Below are positions 20,947 through 30,366 of a stretch of 64,000 nt of DNA, piece by piece. This DNA is from Candidatus Scatovivens sp. (GTDB lineage: Bacteria; Bacillota; Clostridia; TANB77; CAG-508), in NCBI GenBank assembly GCA_045646345.1, contig JAZRKN010000017.1:1-64000 (forward strand). The letters run 5' to 3'. Positions within the stretch are counted from its first letter, which is position 1, and each line of letters opens with the position of its first letter. Position numbers and translations under genes: made by a program. The notes beneath the pieces were generated by a model. The model saw only the letters and a program-made list of their open reading frames with translations, was not told the DNA's origin and searched no databases.

Positions 20947-20976
20947 TAAAACCGGTCCCGAAAGGGGCCGGTTTTA
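20947..20976 (+). terminator. GC-rich terminator with GAAA tetraloop
   Basis: TAAAACCGGTCCC-GAAA-GGGGCCGGTTTTA. Confidence 0.85.
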
Positions 20977-21042
20977 ATTGGTTTTAGTAGACAAATTCAT
21001 GCTAGTATGATAATATTTTAAAAAAGAAAAAGGAGAATTTGT

Positions 21043-22179
21043 ATGGAAAAATCAAAAGTGTATTTTACAGATTTTAGAGCTAAACCTGGATATAATTTAT
21101 TACAAAAACTACAAAGATTAATAAAAATGGCTGGAATAGATAATATAGATTTTACTAATAAATATGTGGCAATAAAAATTCATTTTGGAGAACCTGGAAA
21201 TTTAGCGTATTTAAGACCAAATTATGCTAAAGCTGTTGCTGATGTTGTAAAAGAATTAGGTGGAAAACCATTTTTAACTGATTGTAATACATTATATGTT
21301 GGCGGTAGAAAAAATGCACTTGATCATATAGATGCGGCATATTTAAATGGATTTACTCCATTCTCAACAGGATGCCATGTTATAATTGCTGATGGATTAA
21401 AAGGTACTGATGAAGAATATGTTGAAATAAATGGAGAATATGTAAAAACAGCTAAAATAGGAAGAGCTATAATGGATGCTGATATAGTAATTTCATTAAA
21501 CCATTTTAAAGGACATGAAGGTGCAGGATTTGGTGGAGCTATTAAAAATATAGGTATGGGATGTGGATCTCGTGCAGGAAAAATGGAAATGCATAGCTCT
21601 GGAAAGCCTAAAGTAATTCAAGCTAAATGTAAAAAATGTAAACAATGTCAAAAAATCTGTGCTCATTCAGCAATTACATATGATGAAAATGGTATTGCTA
21701 AAATTGATTATTCAAAATGCGTTGGTTGTGGAAGATGTATAGGAATTTGTAATTTTGATGCAATTAAATCTCCAAATGACGAATCATGTGACATTTTGAA
21801 TAAAAAGATGGCAGAATATGCATTAGCGGTTGTAAAAGATAGACCACAATTTCATATTAGTTTAATTTGTGATGTTTCTCCAAATTGCGATTGTCATTCT
21901 GAAAATGATGCTCCAATAGTTCCAAATATTGGAATGTTAGCTTCATTTGATATGGTAGCTTTGGATAAAGCGTGTGCTGATTTAGTGAATAAACAAACAG
22001 CGGTTGAAAATAGTGCTTTAGGTGAAAATATGAAAAAATTCGAAAAAAATTTCTTAGAACAATTACAAGGAGATAGATTTATAATAAATCATCCAGAAAC
22101 AAATTGGAAAACACAAATAACACATGGTGAAGAAATTGGACTTGGAAATTCAGAGTATGAATTAATTGAAATTAAGTAA
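21043..22179 (+). CDS. DUF362 domain protein with 2x[4Fe-4S] ferredoxin insert
   Basis: IKIHFGE, HFKGH, GGAIKNIGMGC, CKKCKQC...C and CVGCGRC...C, SPNCDC. Confidence 0.9.
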   Translation: MEKSKVYFTDFRAKPGYNLLQKLQRLIKMAGIDNIDFTNKYVAIKIHFGEPGNLAYLRPNYAKAVADVVKELGGKPFLTDCNTLYVGGRKNALDHIDAAYLNGFTPFSTGCHVIIADGLKGTDEEYVEINGEYVKTAKIGRAIMDADIVISLNHFKGHEGAGFGGAIKNIGMGCGSRAGKMEMHSSGKPKVIQAKCKKCKQCQKICAHSAITYDENGIAKIDYSKCVGCGRCIGICNFDAIKSPNDESCDILNKKMAEYALAVVKDRPQFHISLICDVSPNCDCHSENDAPIVPNIGMLASFDMVALDKACADLVNKQTAVENSALGENMKKFEKNFLEQLQGDRFIINHPETNWKTQITHGEEIGLGNSEYELIEIK

Positions 22180-22248
22180 ATTTTGGAGTAGCATAAAAAA
22201 ATTCTTTTCATAAAATATAGTGATATATTTTACGAAAGGAGTTTTTTT

Positions 22249-22920
22249 ATGGCAAAAATTTTAGTTTATAATAATAATTCAAATAGAATGGAAACATATT
22301 TTAGAGATGAATCTCAAAGTATGCCATATAATTCAAATAGAACATTAACAGTTAGAGAATTTAGAGGTGCTAGCAAGTCAGGTCTTTTATGGACAGACAG
22401 GCGAGCAATGGAAGCGTGGAATAGTTTTAGATATATTTATGGAAGACCAATTTTTGTTGGTTTTGCTTTTAAAAGACCATGGGAAGGTGGCCATAGTAAT
22501 CTTTCTCAACACTATGCTGGTTTAGCATTTGATGTTGGGCAAAATTTAAATACTCAAGAGAGAAATCAAATGAGAAATTTAGCTGTGAATTCTGGAATTT
22601 GGAACTATGTAGAACCTGCAAGTTTAACTCCAAGATGGGTACATTTTGATGAAAGACAAGTAGCATTTGGGTATCCTTTATTAAGACAAGGTAGTAGAGG
22701 AGTATATGTATGTATACTTCAAGATGGGTTAACAACTTTAGGGTATAACACAGGAGGTTTAGATGGCGTATTTGGACAAAGAACAAGAGAATCGGTAATT
22801 GAATTTCAAAGAATAAATAATTTGACTCAAGATGGATTGGTTGGAAATAACACATGGAATGCACTTCAAAATCAGGTGGTTGCTAAAGGAGCTTCAAGTA
22901 CAACAGTTTTACCCAATTAA
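22249..22920 (+). CDS. Peptidase M15-like Zn D-Ala-D-Ala peptidase fused to a peptidoglycan-binding domain
   Basis: SQHYAGLAFD and WVHFD Zn ligands; C-terminal LRQGSRG...DGVFG..T...FQ...DGLVG..TW (PG_binding_1). Confidence 0.85.
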   Translation: MAKILVYNNNSNRMETYFRDESQSMPYNSNRTLTVREFRGASKSGLLWTDRRAMEAWNSFRYIYGRPIFVGFAFKRPWEGGHSNLSQHYAGLAFDVGQNLNTQERNQMRNLAVNSGIWNYVEPASLTPRWVHFDERQVAFGYPLLRQGSRGVYVCILQDGLTTLGYNTGGLDGVFGQRTRESVIEFQRINNLTQDGLVGNNTWNALQNQVVAKGASSTTVLPN

Positions 22921-23026
22921 AAAATAAAACACTAATAACAAAAACTTAATTACAAATTGGATTATTGATAAAAATGTCGTTTTATGATATAAAAAAATAA
23001 ATCTAACATTAAATTAAGAGGTAGAT

Positions 23027-24610
23027 ATGAAAGAAAAAGTAAAAGAATTAGTAAAAAAAGATGGTGCATATTTATTAATAGGTTTTTGTTTACTTGTAGT
23101 TACATTATTGATTGCTACAGTAACATACAACAATAGTACACAAGACTTTATGTTGCATCTACCAAATAAAAGTATATATGGATTAATTTCATATATAGGA
23201 ATTATTGTATTAGGAATGGCAGGAATTCTTGTTTTTAGAAATGTTGATAGAAAGGCTGTGCCTTTAGAAAAGATATATTTAATGTTGGCGATTCCTTTGG
23301 GAATATTATATTGTATTGCTAATCCATTGGGGAGAGTTCCAGATGAAGACTATCATGCAAGAAAAGCTATGGCAATATCTTACGGTAATATCTTTTCTCA
23401 TGCTGATGAAAAAGGGTATGCAAAAGATTATTTTAATGCAAACTTAGATCCTCTTGTAAATAGATATATAAATAGTTATGAAATATCTGTAGAAAAGATG
23501 AAGGAACCACCTACTGAGGAAAAAGTAAAATTAGAATATAATACGATGGCATTGTATGCACCGATTTGTCATGCACCACAAGCTATAGGAATGCTTTTGG
23601 CAAGAATATTTGGTGCTGACATTGCGATTCAATGTTATATGGCAAGACTTGCTAATTTGGCCATTGCTATAACTTTAGTATATCAGGCAATAAAATTAAT
23701 TCCGTTTAAGAAGCATATAGTATTGTTTTTAGCATTATTGCCAGTTACTATAACAGAATTTGCTTCAATGGCTGCTGATGCTTTAACAATTGCATTATCA
23801 TTATTTTATGTTTCGTATATTATATACTTAAAATATGATGAGAATAAAATGTTAATCACTAAAAAAGATATAGTAATACTTACAATATCATCTATAGTAA
23901 TAGCATTATGCAAAATAGTATATATACCATTATGCTTATTATTATTCGTGATACCAAAAGAAAAATTTGGTTCTTTGAAAAAGAAAAATATTATAACAAT
24001 AAGTGTTTTTTCAATATCTGTAATACTAAATTTGATTTGGCTTATATATTGTTCTAGATTTTTAGTTGTATTTAATCCAGGAGTAGATAGTGCAGAACAA
24101 GTAAAATATATATTAACTCATCCTATTAGTTATTTATTAATAATGTTTAGAACAATGAATGTATATAATCAAATTCTTATCGTTGGTTTATGCGGAGAAG
24201 GATTAGGTTCTTATTGTGTTCAAGCATCTGTATTATTTATATATCCTTGTATAGTAATGATTACAGGATTGTTTTTACTTGATACAGAAAAAGATAAGGT
24301 AAAAATAGATTGGAAGACTAAGCTTATTTTCTTATTTATTTTTGCAAGTATTGTTTTATTAATATATACAAGTTTATATGTTCAATGGACACCTGTTCAA
24401 AGTTCAATAATAAAAGGTGTTCAAGCAAGATATTTCTTACCAATATTAATGCTTGTAGCAATTGTTTTGAACAATAATAAGTTAATTATTGATGGAAAAT
24501 TAAGTTATAGATATATATTGTTATTCTTATTATTTTTTAATTTAAATGTATTATCATGTACTGCATATACGTATATTTATGCAACTGTTATTGATTATTA
24601 TATAAAATAG
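23027..24610 (+). CDS. DUF2142 family integral membrane protein (GT-C-like)
   Basis: PDEDYH..KA, PQAIG, K..Y, GVQARYFLP motifs; many TM helices. Confidence 0.8.
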   Translation: MKEKVKELVKKDGAYLLIGFCLLVVTLLIATVTYNNSTQDFMLHLPNKSIYGLISYIGIIVLGMAGILVFRNVDRKAVPLEKIYLMLAIPLGILYCIANPLGRVPDEDYHARKAMAISYGNIFSHADEKGYAKDYFNANLDPLVNRYINSYEISVEKMKEPPTEEKVKLEYNTMALYAPICHAPQAIGMLLARIFGADIAIQCYMARLANLAIAITLVYQAIKLIPFKKHIVLFLALLPVTITEFASMAADALTIALSLFYVSYIIYLKYDENKMLITKKDIVILTISSIVIALCKIVYIPLCLLLFVIPKEKFGSLKKKNIITISVFSISVILNLIWLIYCSRFLVVFNPGVDSAEQVKYILTHPISYLLIMFRTMNVYNQILIVGLCGEGLGSYCVQASVLFIYPCIVMITGLFLLDTEKDKVKIDWKTKLIFLFIFASIVLLIYTSLYVQWTPVQSSIIKGVQARYFLPILMLVAIVLNNNKLIIDGKLSYRYILLFLLFFNLNVLSCTAYTYIYATVIDYYIK

Positions 24611-24624
24611 GCAATAAAAAATAT

Positions 24625-24653
24625 TTGACAACCCTAAAATGATATGTTATGAT
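24625..24653 (+). promoter_or_regulatory. sigmaA promoter of the T-box leader
   Basis: TTGACA-N17-TATGAT with TG extension. Confidence 0.75.
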
Positions 24654-24669
24654 TTATAACAATAAATTA

Positions 24670-24911
24670 AAACTTTGATTGAGAGAGTACTGATATTATG
24701 AAACTTAAGCGAGCTAGAGTTGGTGTGAGTCTAGCAGTGGATGATATTAAGGAAAAGACCTCATGAGTGATTACTGGAAATGAATAAAGTAAGAGTATAG
24801 TAATACGTAAGCCTACGTTACAGGTAAGAGTGGTTTATATAGAAATATATAATCAACTAGAGTGGTACCGTGTTAAATATGACACCTCTGGATTTTCCAG
24901 AGGTGTTTTTT
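24670..24911 (+). ncRNA. T-box riboswitch (specifier AAG Lys or AGA Arg)
   Basis: Stem I with GAG..AGUA, AGCGAG/GGUGUGA apical motifs and GAA-AAGA-CCUC-AUGA; T-box AACTAGAGTGGTACCGTG at 24855-24872; terminator 24882-24911; upstream of an amino-acid ABC operon. Confidence 0.9.
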
Positions 24912-24965
24912 GATAAATAAATTAATTCGGTTGCTGTAAATCTAGTGTTTTATTTTTCATATGAA

Positions 24966-25027
24966 CAACTAGAGTGGTACCGTGCTAAATATTAAGCACC
25001 TCTGGATTTTTCCGGAGGTGCTTTTTT
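24966..25027 (+). ncRNA. Second T-box antiterminator/terminator module without stem I
   Basis: Near-identical repeat of 24854-24911: CAACTAGAGTGGTACCGTG...GCACCTCTGG...CCGGAGGTGC-T6. Confidence 0.85.
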
Positions 25028-25175
25028 GATAAATAAAAATGAAAGGAGAATTAGCATGAAAGAGAGTTCAAATTACAAAAAATTCTTCTATAGTGGTTGG
25101 GGGAAACGAAGACAAATTATTTAAAATTATAAGAATAAAAATAAATGAAAAATAATTTTAAAAGGAGAATTTGTT

Positions 25176-25949
25176 ATGAAAAATTTAAAAAATATATTAA
25201 TAGGAATTGTTGTAGGAGTTGTTGCTATAGTAGGAATTATGGCGGTTGTGAATAAAAAAGATGAAAAAGAAGTAAGTAAAGTTGCAGAAAAAGAAAAAAT
25301 AATAATGGTTACAGAAGCTGGATTTGCACCATATGAATTTTATGATGGTGAAGAAATTGTAGGAGTAGATGTAGAGATTGCTAAAAAGATTGCTGAAAAA
25401 ACAGGTAAAGAATTAGAGATAAAAGATACAGATTTTGATTCGATTATAAATGAGGTTAAAACAGGAAAAGCAGATTTTGCAGCTGCAGGATTATCTATTA
25501 CCGAAGAAAGACTAGAAGAAGTGGATTTTTCAGTTGAATATGCTATTTCAAAACAAGTTATACTTGTTAAAAATGATAGTGAAATTGCTAATGTTGAAGA
25601 TTTAAATGGAAATAAAGTAGCTGTTCAATTAGGAACAGTAGCAGATCTTGTGCTTAGTGATGAATTTCCAGAAGTTGAGTTAGTTCAACACAAGAAATAT
25701 TTATTAGCTGTTGAAGATTTAAAAGCAGATAAAGTTGATGCAATTGTATTAGATTCTTTACCAGCAGAAGAGATTATAAAAGTAAATCCAGAATTAAAAA
25801 TATTAGAAGAAGAACTATTAACAGATAAATATGGTATTGCTGTTCAAAAAGGAAATACAGAGTTATTAAAGGCTATTAATGAAGTGTTAACAGAAATGAT
25901 GAACAATGGTCAAATTAATGATTTTACTGTTAAGTTTTTAGGAGAATAA
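25176..25949 (+). CDS. Polar amino acid ABC transporter substrate-binding protein
   Basis: AGFAPYEF, GVDVEIA, SITEER, VQLGT; N-terminal anchor. Confidence 0.93.
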   Translation: MKNLKNILIGIVVGVVAIVGIMAVVNKKDEKEVSKVAEKEKIIMVTEAGFAPYEFYDGEEIVGVDVEIAKKIAEKTGKELEIKDTDFDSIINEVKTGKADFAAAGLSITEERLEEVDFSVEYAISKQVILVKNDSEIANVEDLNGNKVAVQLGTVADLVLSDEFPEVELVQHKKYLLAVEDLKADKVDAIVLDSLPAEEIIKVNPELKILEEELLTDKYGIAVQKGNTELLKAINEVLTEMMNNGQINDFTVKFLGE

Positions 25950-25951
25950 AA

Positions 25952-26644
25952 ATGATTAACGAGATAATAAATGATTTCAATAAAGCACTTTTGGTAAAAG
26001 AGCGTTATAAATTTATTTTTACAGGAATAAAAAATACTTTAGCAATAAGTTTTATAGCTGTAATAATTGGAGTTATTATAGGTGTTTTAGTTGCTATTAT
26101 TAATTCATATAGTAAAGAAACCAAAAAAATAAAAATAATATCAACAATATCAAAAGGATATGTTACTGTAATTAGGGGAACTCCTGTAGTACTTCAATTG
26201 ATGATGATTTATTACGTTGTTTTTAAAGATGTTAGAGATTTAAATTTAATACTTGTTGCAGCTTTAGCTTTTGGAATTAATTCAGGAGCATATGTTTCAG
26301 AAATAATAAGAGCTGGAATAGAATCAGTAGATAAAGGACAAATGGAAGCAGGGCGTTCATTGGGATTAGGATATTTTAAAACAATGAAATTGATAATATT
26401 ACCTCAAGCAATAAAAAATATATTACCTGCTATAGGGAATGAATTTATAACTTTAATAAAAGAAACATCAATTGCAGGATATATTGGAGTTGTTGATCTA
26501 ACAAAGGCTTCAGATATTATAGCATCAAGAACTTATGATTATTTTTGTCCATTAATAATAGTTGCATTAATTTACTTACTTATTGTTCAAGGTTTAAGTA
26601 AACTTCTTAATTTATTTGAAAGGAGATTGAATAAAAATGCTTGA
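25952..26644 (+). CDS. Amino acid ABC transporter permease
   Basis: [28 protein letters not shown] (EAA motif), LIKETS. Confidence 0.95.
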   Translation: MINEIINDFNKALLVKERYKFIFTGIKNTLAISFIAVIIGVIIGVLVAIINSYSKETKKIKIISTISKGYVTVIRGTPVVLQLMMIYYVVFKDVRDLNLILVAALAFGINSGAYVSEIIRAGIESVDKGQMEAGRSLGLGYFKTMKLIILPQAIKNILPAIGNEFITLIKETSIAGYIGVVDLTKASDIIASRTYDYFCPLIIVALIYLLIVQGLSKLLNLFERRLNKNA

Positions 26645-27350
26645 AATTAAAAATATATATAAAAGTTTTGATGGAAAAGAAATATTAAAAGGTATAAATT
26701 TAAAAATTGAAAAAGGCGAAAAAGTAATTATAATTGGGCCATCTGGTTCGGGAAAGTCAACACTTTTAAGATGTCTTAATTTGCTAGAAACAATTGATGG
26801 TGGAGAAATCATTTTTAAAGAAAATATAATAGATAAAAATGTAAAGATAGATGAATATAGGCAAAAAATTGGAATGGTATTCCAACAGTTTAATTTATTT
26901 AATAATATGAATGTGCTTGAAAATATTATGCTTGCTCCTGTTAATTTAAAATTAAAAACAAAAGAAGAGGCTAAAAAAGAAGCTAAAAAATTGCTTAAAC
27001 GAATAAACTTATCAAATAAAGCAGAAAAGTTTCCGAATCAATTAAGTGGAGGAGAAAAACAAAGGGTAGCAATAGTTAGGGCGTTAGCTATGAGTCCAGA
27101 AATAATGCTTTTTGATGAACCAACATCTGCATTAGATCCAGAGATGGTAGGGGAAGTTTTAAATTTGATGAAAGATGTTGCCGAAGAAGATATGACGATG
27201 GTAATTGTTACTCACGAAATGGACTTTGCAAAAGAAATAGGAAGTAGAATAATATTTATGGATAACGGAAAAATAGTTGAGCAAGGAACTCCAGAAGAAA
27301 TTTTTGAAAATCCAAAATCAAAGAGGTTAAAAAAGTTTTTAGATAAATAA
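26637..27350 (+). CDS. Amino acid ABC transporter ATP-binding protein (GlnQ-like)
   Basis: [33 protein letters not shown]. Confidence 0.95.
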   Translation: MLEIKNIYKSFDGKEILKGINLKIEKGEKVIIIGPSGSGKSTLLRCLNLLETIDGGEIIFKENIIDKNVKIDEYRQKIGMVFQQFNLFNNMNVLENIMLAPVNLKLKTKEEAKKEAKKLLKRINLSNKAEKFPNQLSGGEKQRVAIVRALAMSPEIMLFDEPTSALDPEMVGEVLNLMKDVAEEDMTMVIVTHEMDFAKEIGSRIIFMDNGKIVEQGTPEEIFENPKSKRLKKFLDK

Positions 27351-27353
27351 TGT

Positions 27354-27382
27354 TTGAATTTAGAATAAAACCGTGCTATAAT
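27354..27382 (+). promoter_or_regulatory. sigmaA-type promoter with extended -10
   Basis: TTGAAT-N17-TATAAT with TG extension. Confidence 0.6.
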
Positions 27383-27412
27383 CTCTCTATCACTCAATAA
27401 GGAGGGAAAACT

Positions 27413-27778
27413 ATGAGTGTTGCTCGTGGGTTTGTTCGGCTTGCTAATAGATATGAAATGAAATTTCAAATAAATCACGATGAAATGGTTTATGATAGGA
27501 AGTTTCATATTACTCAATTGAGAGAAGCCATCGAAGCAGCGGACCGATTACTTGATATTAGCTACACAGAATTTGAGAATTGGGCTGATTCTATGCAAGC
27601 TCTGTATGAAGTGGATGAATTTGACAATTTTTTTGAGAGACTTCAGCTTATCTATTTAAAATGGTACGTGAATTATCGGTATACTAAAACTGTCAAAGAA
27701 ATTCAAGAAACAGAAGATGCAAAAAAGAAGATGGAAGAAGTCCTAAAAAAACTCGAGCTTTTTGATGCGTTCAGGTAA
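27413..27778 (+). CDS. Hypothetical helical protein (121 aa)
   Basis: SD AAGGAGG, own promoter, terminator at 27809-27841; atypical codons including CGG. Confidence 0.7.
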   Translation: MSVARGFVRLANRYEMKFQINHDEMVYDRKFHITQLREAIEAADRLLDISYTEFENWADSMQALYEVDEFDNFFERLQLIYLKWYVNYRYTKTVKEIQETEDAKKKMEEVLKKLELFDAFR

Positions 27779-27937
27779 TTGATATGCAAAAAAATGGGAT
27801 TCCAAATTAAGACCACAGTTTTAAAATAACTGTGGTCTTTTGCTATGTTTTAAGAATATAATTATTAAATGTAAAATTTTTAAAATTTTTTATAAAAAAT
27901 ATTGCTAAATTAAAAAAAATAATTTATAATGATTTTG

Positions 27938-27960
27938 AAATTAGGAATTGTTCCTAATTT
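27938..27960. promoter_or_regulatory. Putative Fur/PerR-family operator
   Basis: Perfect inverted repeat AAATTAGGAA-ttg-TTCCTAATTT just downstream of TATAAT (27925-27930) of the Fur-family gene. Confidence 0.65.
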
Positions 27961-27976
27961 TTGATAGGAGATTTTT

Positions 27977-28357
27977 ATGAAAAATTATTCAAGACAAAGA
28001 GAAGAAATAATAAAAGTAGTTAAAGACTCTTATAATCATCCAACAGCAGAAGAAATTTATATGATAGTAAAAGCCAAAGATCCAGCTGTTAGTAGAAGTA
28101 CTGTATATAGAAACTTAGGGCTATTGGTTGAAGAAAAAATGATTAAACAAATTTCTATGAAAGTTGGGCCAGATAGATATGATTATATGAGAGCTCCTCA
28201 TAATCATGCTATGTGCACAAAATGCGGAAAAATATTTGATTTTGAGTATAGTTTTGAATATGAGAAGTTAGAGAAGACGATAAGAGAACAAACTGGGATA
28301 GAAATCTCAAAAGATGGATTCGCAGTCGAAGGAATATGCGATTCTTGTAAAAATTAA
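27977..28357 (+). CDS. Fur family transcriptional repressor (PerR-like)
   Basis: SRQRE, HPTAEEIY, STVYRNL, HNHAMCTKCG, GICDSC; adjacent to rubrerythrin. Confidence 0.92.
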   Translation: MKNYSRQREEIIKVVKDSYNHPTAEEIYMIVKAKDPAVSRSTVYRNLGLLVEEKMIKQISMKVGPDRYDYMRAPHNHAMCTKCGKIFDFEYSFEYEKLEKTIREQTGIEISKDGFAVEGICDSCKN

Positions 28358-28369
28358 TTTTTAGGAGGA

Positions 28370-28921
28370 ATGAAAAAAATGCCAGAATTAAAAGGAACAA
28401 AAACAGAAAAAAATTTAATGGAAGCTTTTGCAGGAGAATCACAAGCTAGAAATAAATATACTTATTTTGCAAGCCAAGCAAAAAAAGAAGGATATGAACA
28501 AATTGCAGCTATTTTCCAAGAAACAGCTGATAATGAAAAAGAACACGCTAAAATGTGGTTCAAATTATTACATGATGGTGGAATTCCAACAACAGCAGAA
28601 AACTTAAAAGCAGCTGCTGAAGGTGAAAACTATGAATGGACAGATATGTATGACAGAATGGCTAAAGAAGCTAAAGAAGAAGGGTTCGATAGAATAGCAT
28701 ATTTATTTGAAGCTGTTGGAAAAATTGAAAAAGAACACGAAGAAAGATATAAAAAATTATTAGAAAATGTTGAAGGAGAATTAGTATTCTCAAGAGATGG
28801 AGATAGAATTTGGAAATGTAGAAATTGCGGACATATCTGCATTGGTAAAAAAGCACCAGCTATGTGCCCAGTTTGCGAACATCCTCAATCATTCTTTGAA
28901 ATAAAAGCTGAAAATTATTAA
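28370..28921 (+). CDS. rbr: Rubrerythrin (start possibly ATG 28379)
   Basis: [37 protein letters not shown]...CPVC. Confidence 0.95.
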   Translation: MKKMPELKGTKTEKNLMEAFAGESQARNKYTYFASQAKKEGYEQIAAIFQETADNEKEHAKMWFKLLHDGGIPTTAENLKAAAEGENYEWTDMYDRMAKEAKEEGFDRIAYLFEAVGKIEKEHEERYKKLLENVEGELVFSRDGDRIWKCRNCGHICIGKKAPAMCPVCEHPQSFFEIKAENY

Positions 28922-28930
28922 TAAATTATA

Positions 28931-28967
28931 AAAAATACACTTTAAGTTTTACTTAAAGTGTATTTTT
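28931..28967. terminator. Bidirectional terminator
   Basis: AAAAATACACTTTAAG-tttta-CTTAAAGTGTATTTTT. Confidence 0.8.
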
Positions 28968-28996
28968 ATTATGGCAAATAAGTAAAAATATAGTTT

Positions 28997-29230
28997 TTAA
29001 CAATTTAAATATTTTTCAAAAAACAATCCATAAATAATTGCAAAGACTCCAATAAATAGTCCGCTTCTAAATACAATTATTGCTATATCAAATAGATAGA
29101 ATGAAATGAAATATGTATTAAATACCCAAAGAAACAGTATTCCAATACTAGAAATTATATAAGAAATTATTAGATGGATGTTTACTAATTTTTTTACTTT
29201 TTCGTTTTTCAAAATTAAAAGATCTTCCAT
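28997..29230 (-). CDS. Small two-TM membrane protein
   Basis: SD AAGGAGA; two hydrophobic segments. Confidence 0.65.
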   Translation of the reverse strand: MEDLLILKNEKVKKLVNIHLIISYIISSIGILFLWVFNTYFISFYLFDIAIIVFRSGLFIGVFAIIYGLFFEKYLNC

Positions 29231-29357
29231 AAAATCTCCTTTTGTTTTCTTTAGTTTTATAGTAGCATTTTAAAAATGTAAAAACAAATGTAATTACTGG
29301 AAAATAAGGGAGAAGATAGAAAGAAAAAAACAAAAAAAATAATCGTAGAGACTACGA

Positions 29358-29621
29358 TTATTTTAATGTATTTAATTTTTTTGCTAAACTTGATTTTTTT
29401 CTAGAAGCTGTATTAGCTTTGATTACACCTTTTGTGCAAGCTTGATCTACTTTTTTAACTGCTTCTTTGAAAGCTACTTCTGCTTTTGATTTATCTCCTT
29501 CTGCTACAGCAGCTTCGAATGTTTTAACAGCTGTTTTGTAAGCAGATTTTACCATATTATTTTGTAATGTTTTTGTTTCGATTACGCTAACTCTTTTGAT
29601 AGCTGATTTAATGTTTGGCAT
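29358..29621 (-). CDS. rpsT: 30S ribosomal protein bS20
   Basis: MPNIKSAIKRV...KGVIKANTASRKKSSL; start set to ATG 29621 by SD AGGAGGTG. Confidence 0.97.
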   Translation of the reverse strand: MPNIKSAIKRVSVIETKTLQNNMVKSAYKTAVKTFEAAVAEGDKSKAEVAFKEAVKKVDQACTKGVIKANTASRKKSSLAKKLNTLK

Positions 29622-29904
29622 CTTGTTTTGCACCTCCTCTTAGTTCATAAAGTAAATTTTACTTCAAACATTTTAACATGATTATATTTAAAAATCAAGT
29701 ATTTTGTTAAAAAAAGTAAATATGAGCTGGATTTATTATACTTTTTTAAACAAAAAATAGACTTTTTCACACAAAATTCACAAAGTAGAATTACAATAAA
29801 CTTGTAATGTTAGAATTTCTATGATATATTATGGGCAAAATATGGGCATAAAAAATTGATTTTTACAGCATTTAAAAAAGTCCATATAAGCAAAGGAGGA
29901 AGTT

Positions 29905-30351
29905 ATGATAGCTTTAGGTTCAGACCATGGCGGTTATAAATTAAAGGAAGAAATAAAAAAATATTTAGACGAAATTGGTATTAAATATAAAGATTATGGA
30001 ACATATGATGAAGAAAGATGCGAATATCCAGAATTTGCTGAAAAAGTAGCAAAAGCTGTGCAAAAGAAAGAATGTGAAAAAGGTATTCTAATCTGTGGAA
30101 CTGGATTTGGAGTTAGCATCGTAGCAAATAAATTTAAAGGAATTAGATGTGCATCTTGTTGGAATGAAGAAGTTGCAAAACTTTTAAAAGAACATAATAA
30201 TGCAAATATAATTGCACTTCCTGGAAGATTTATTACAGTATCTCAAGCGATTGCCATATTAAGAACTTGGATAGCTGCTGAATTCTTGGGGGGAAGACAT
30301 GAAGATAGATTACAAATGATAGAGAATATAGAAAAAGAAAATATGAAATAG
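29905..30351 (+). CDS. rpiB: Ribose-5-phosphate isomerase B
   Basis: GSDHGG, ICGTGFG, ANKFKGIRCA, HNNAN, GGRH..R. Confidence 0.93.
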   Translation: MIALGSDHGGYKLKEEIKKYLDEIGIKYKDYGTYDEERCEYPEFAEKVAKAVQKKECEKGILICGTGFGVSIVANKFKGIRCASCWNEEVAKLLKEHNNANIIALPGRFITVSQAIAILRTWIAAEFLGGRHEDRLQMIENIEKENMK

Positions 30352-30366
30352 AGGAGTCTTTATATT

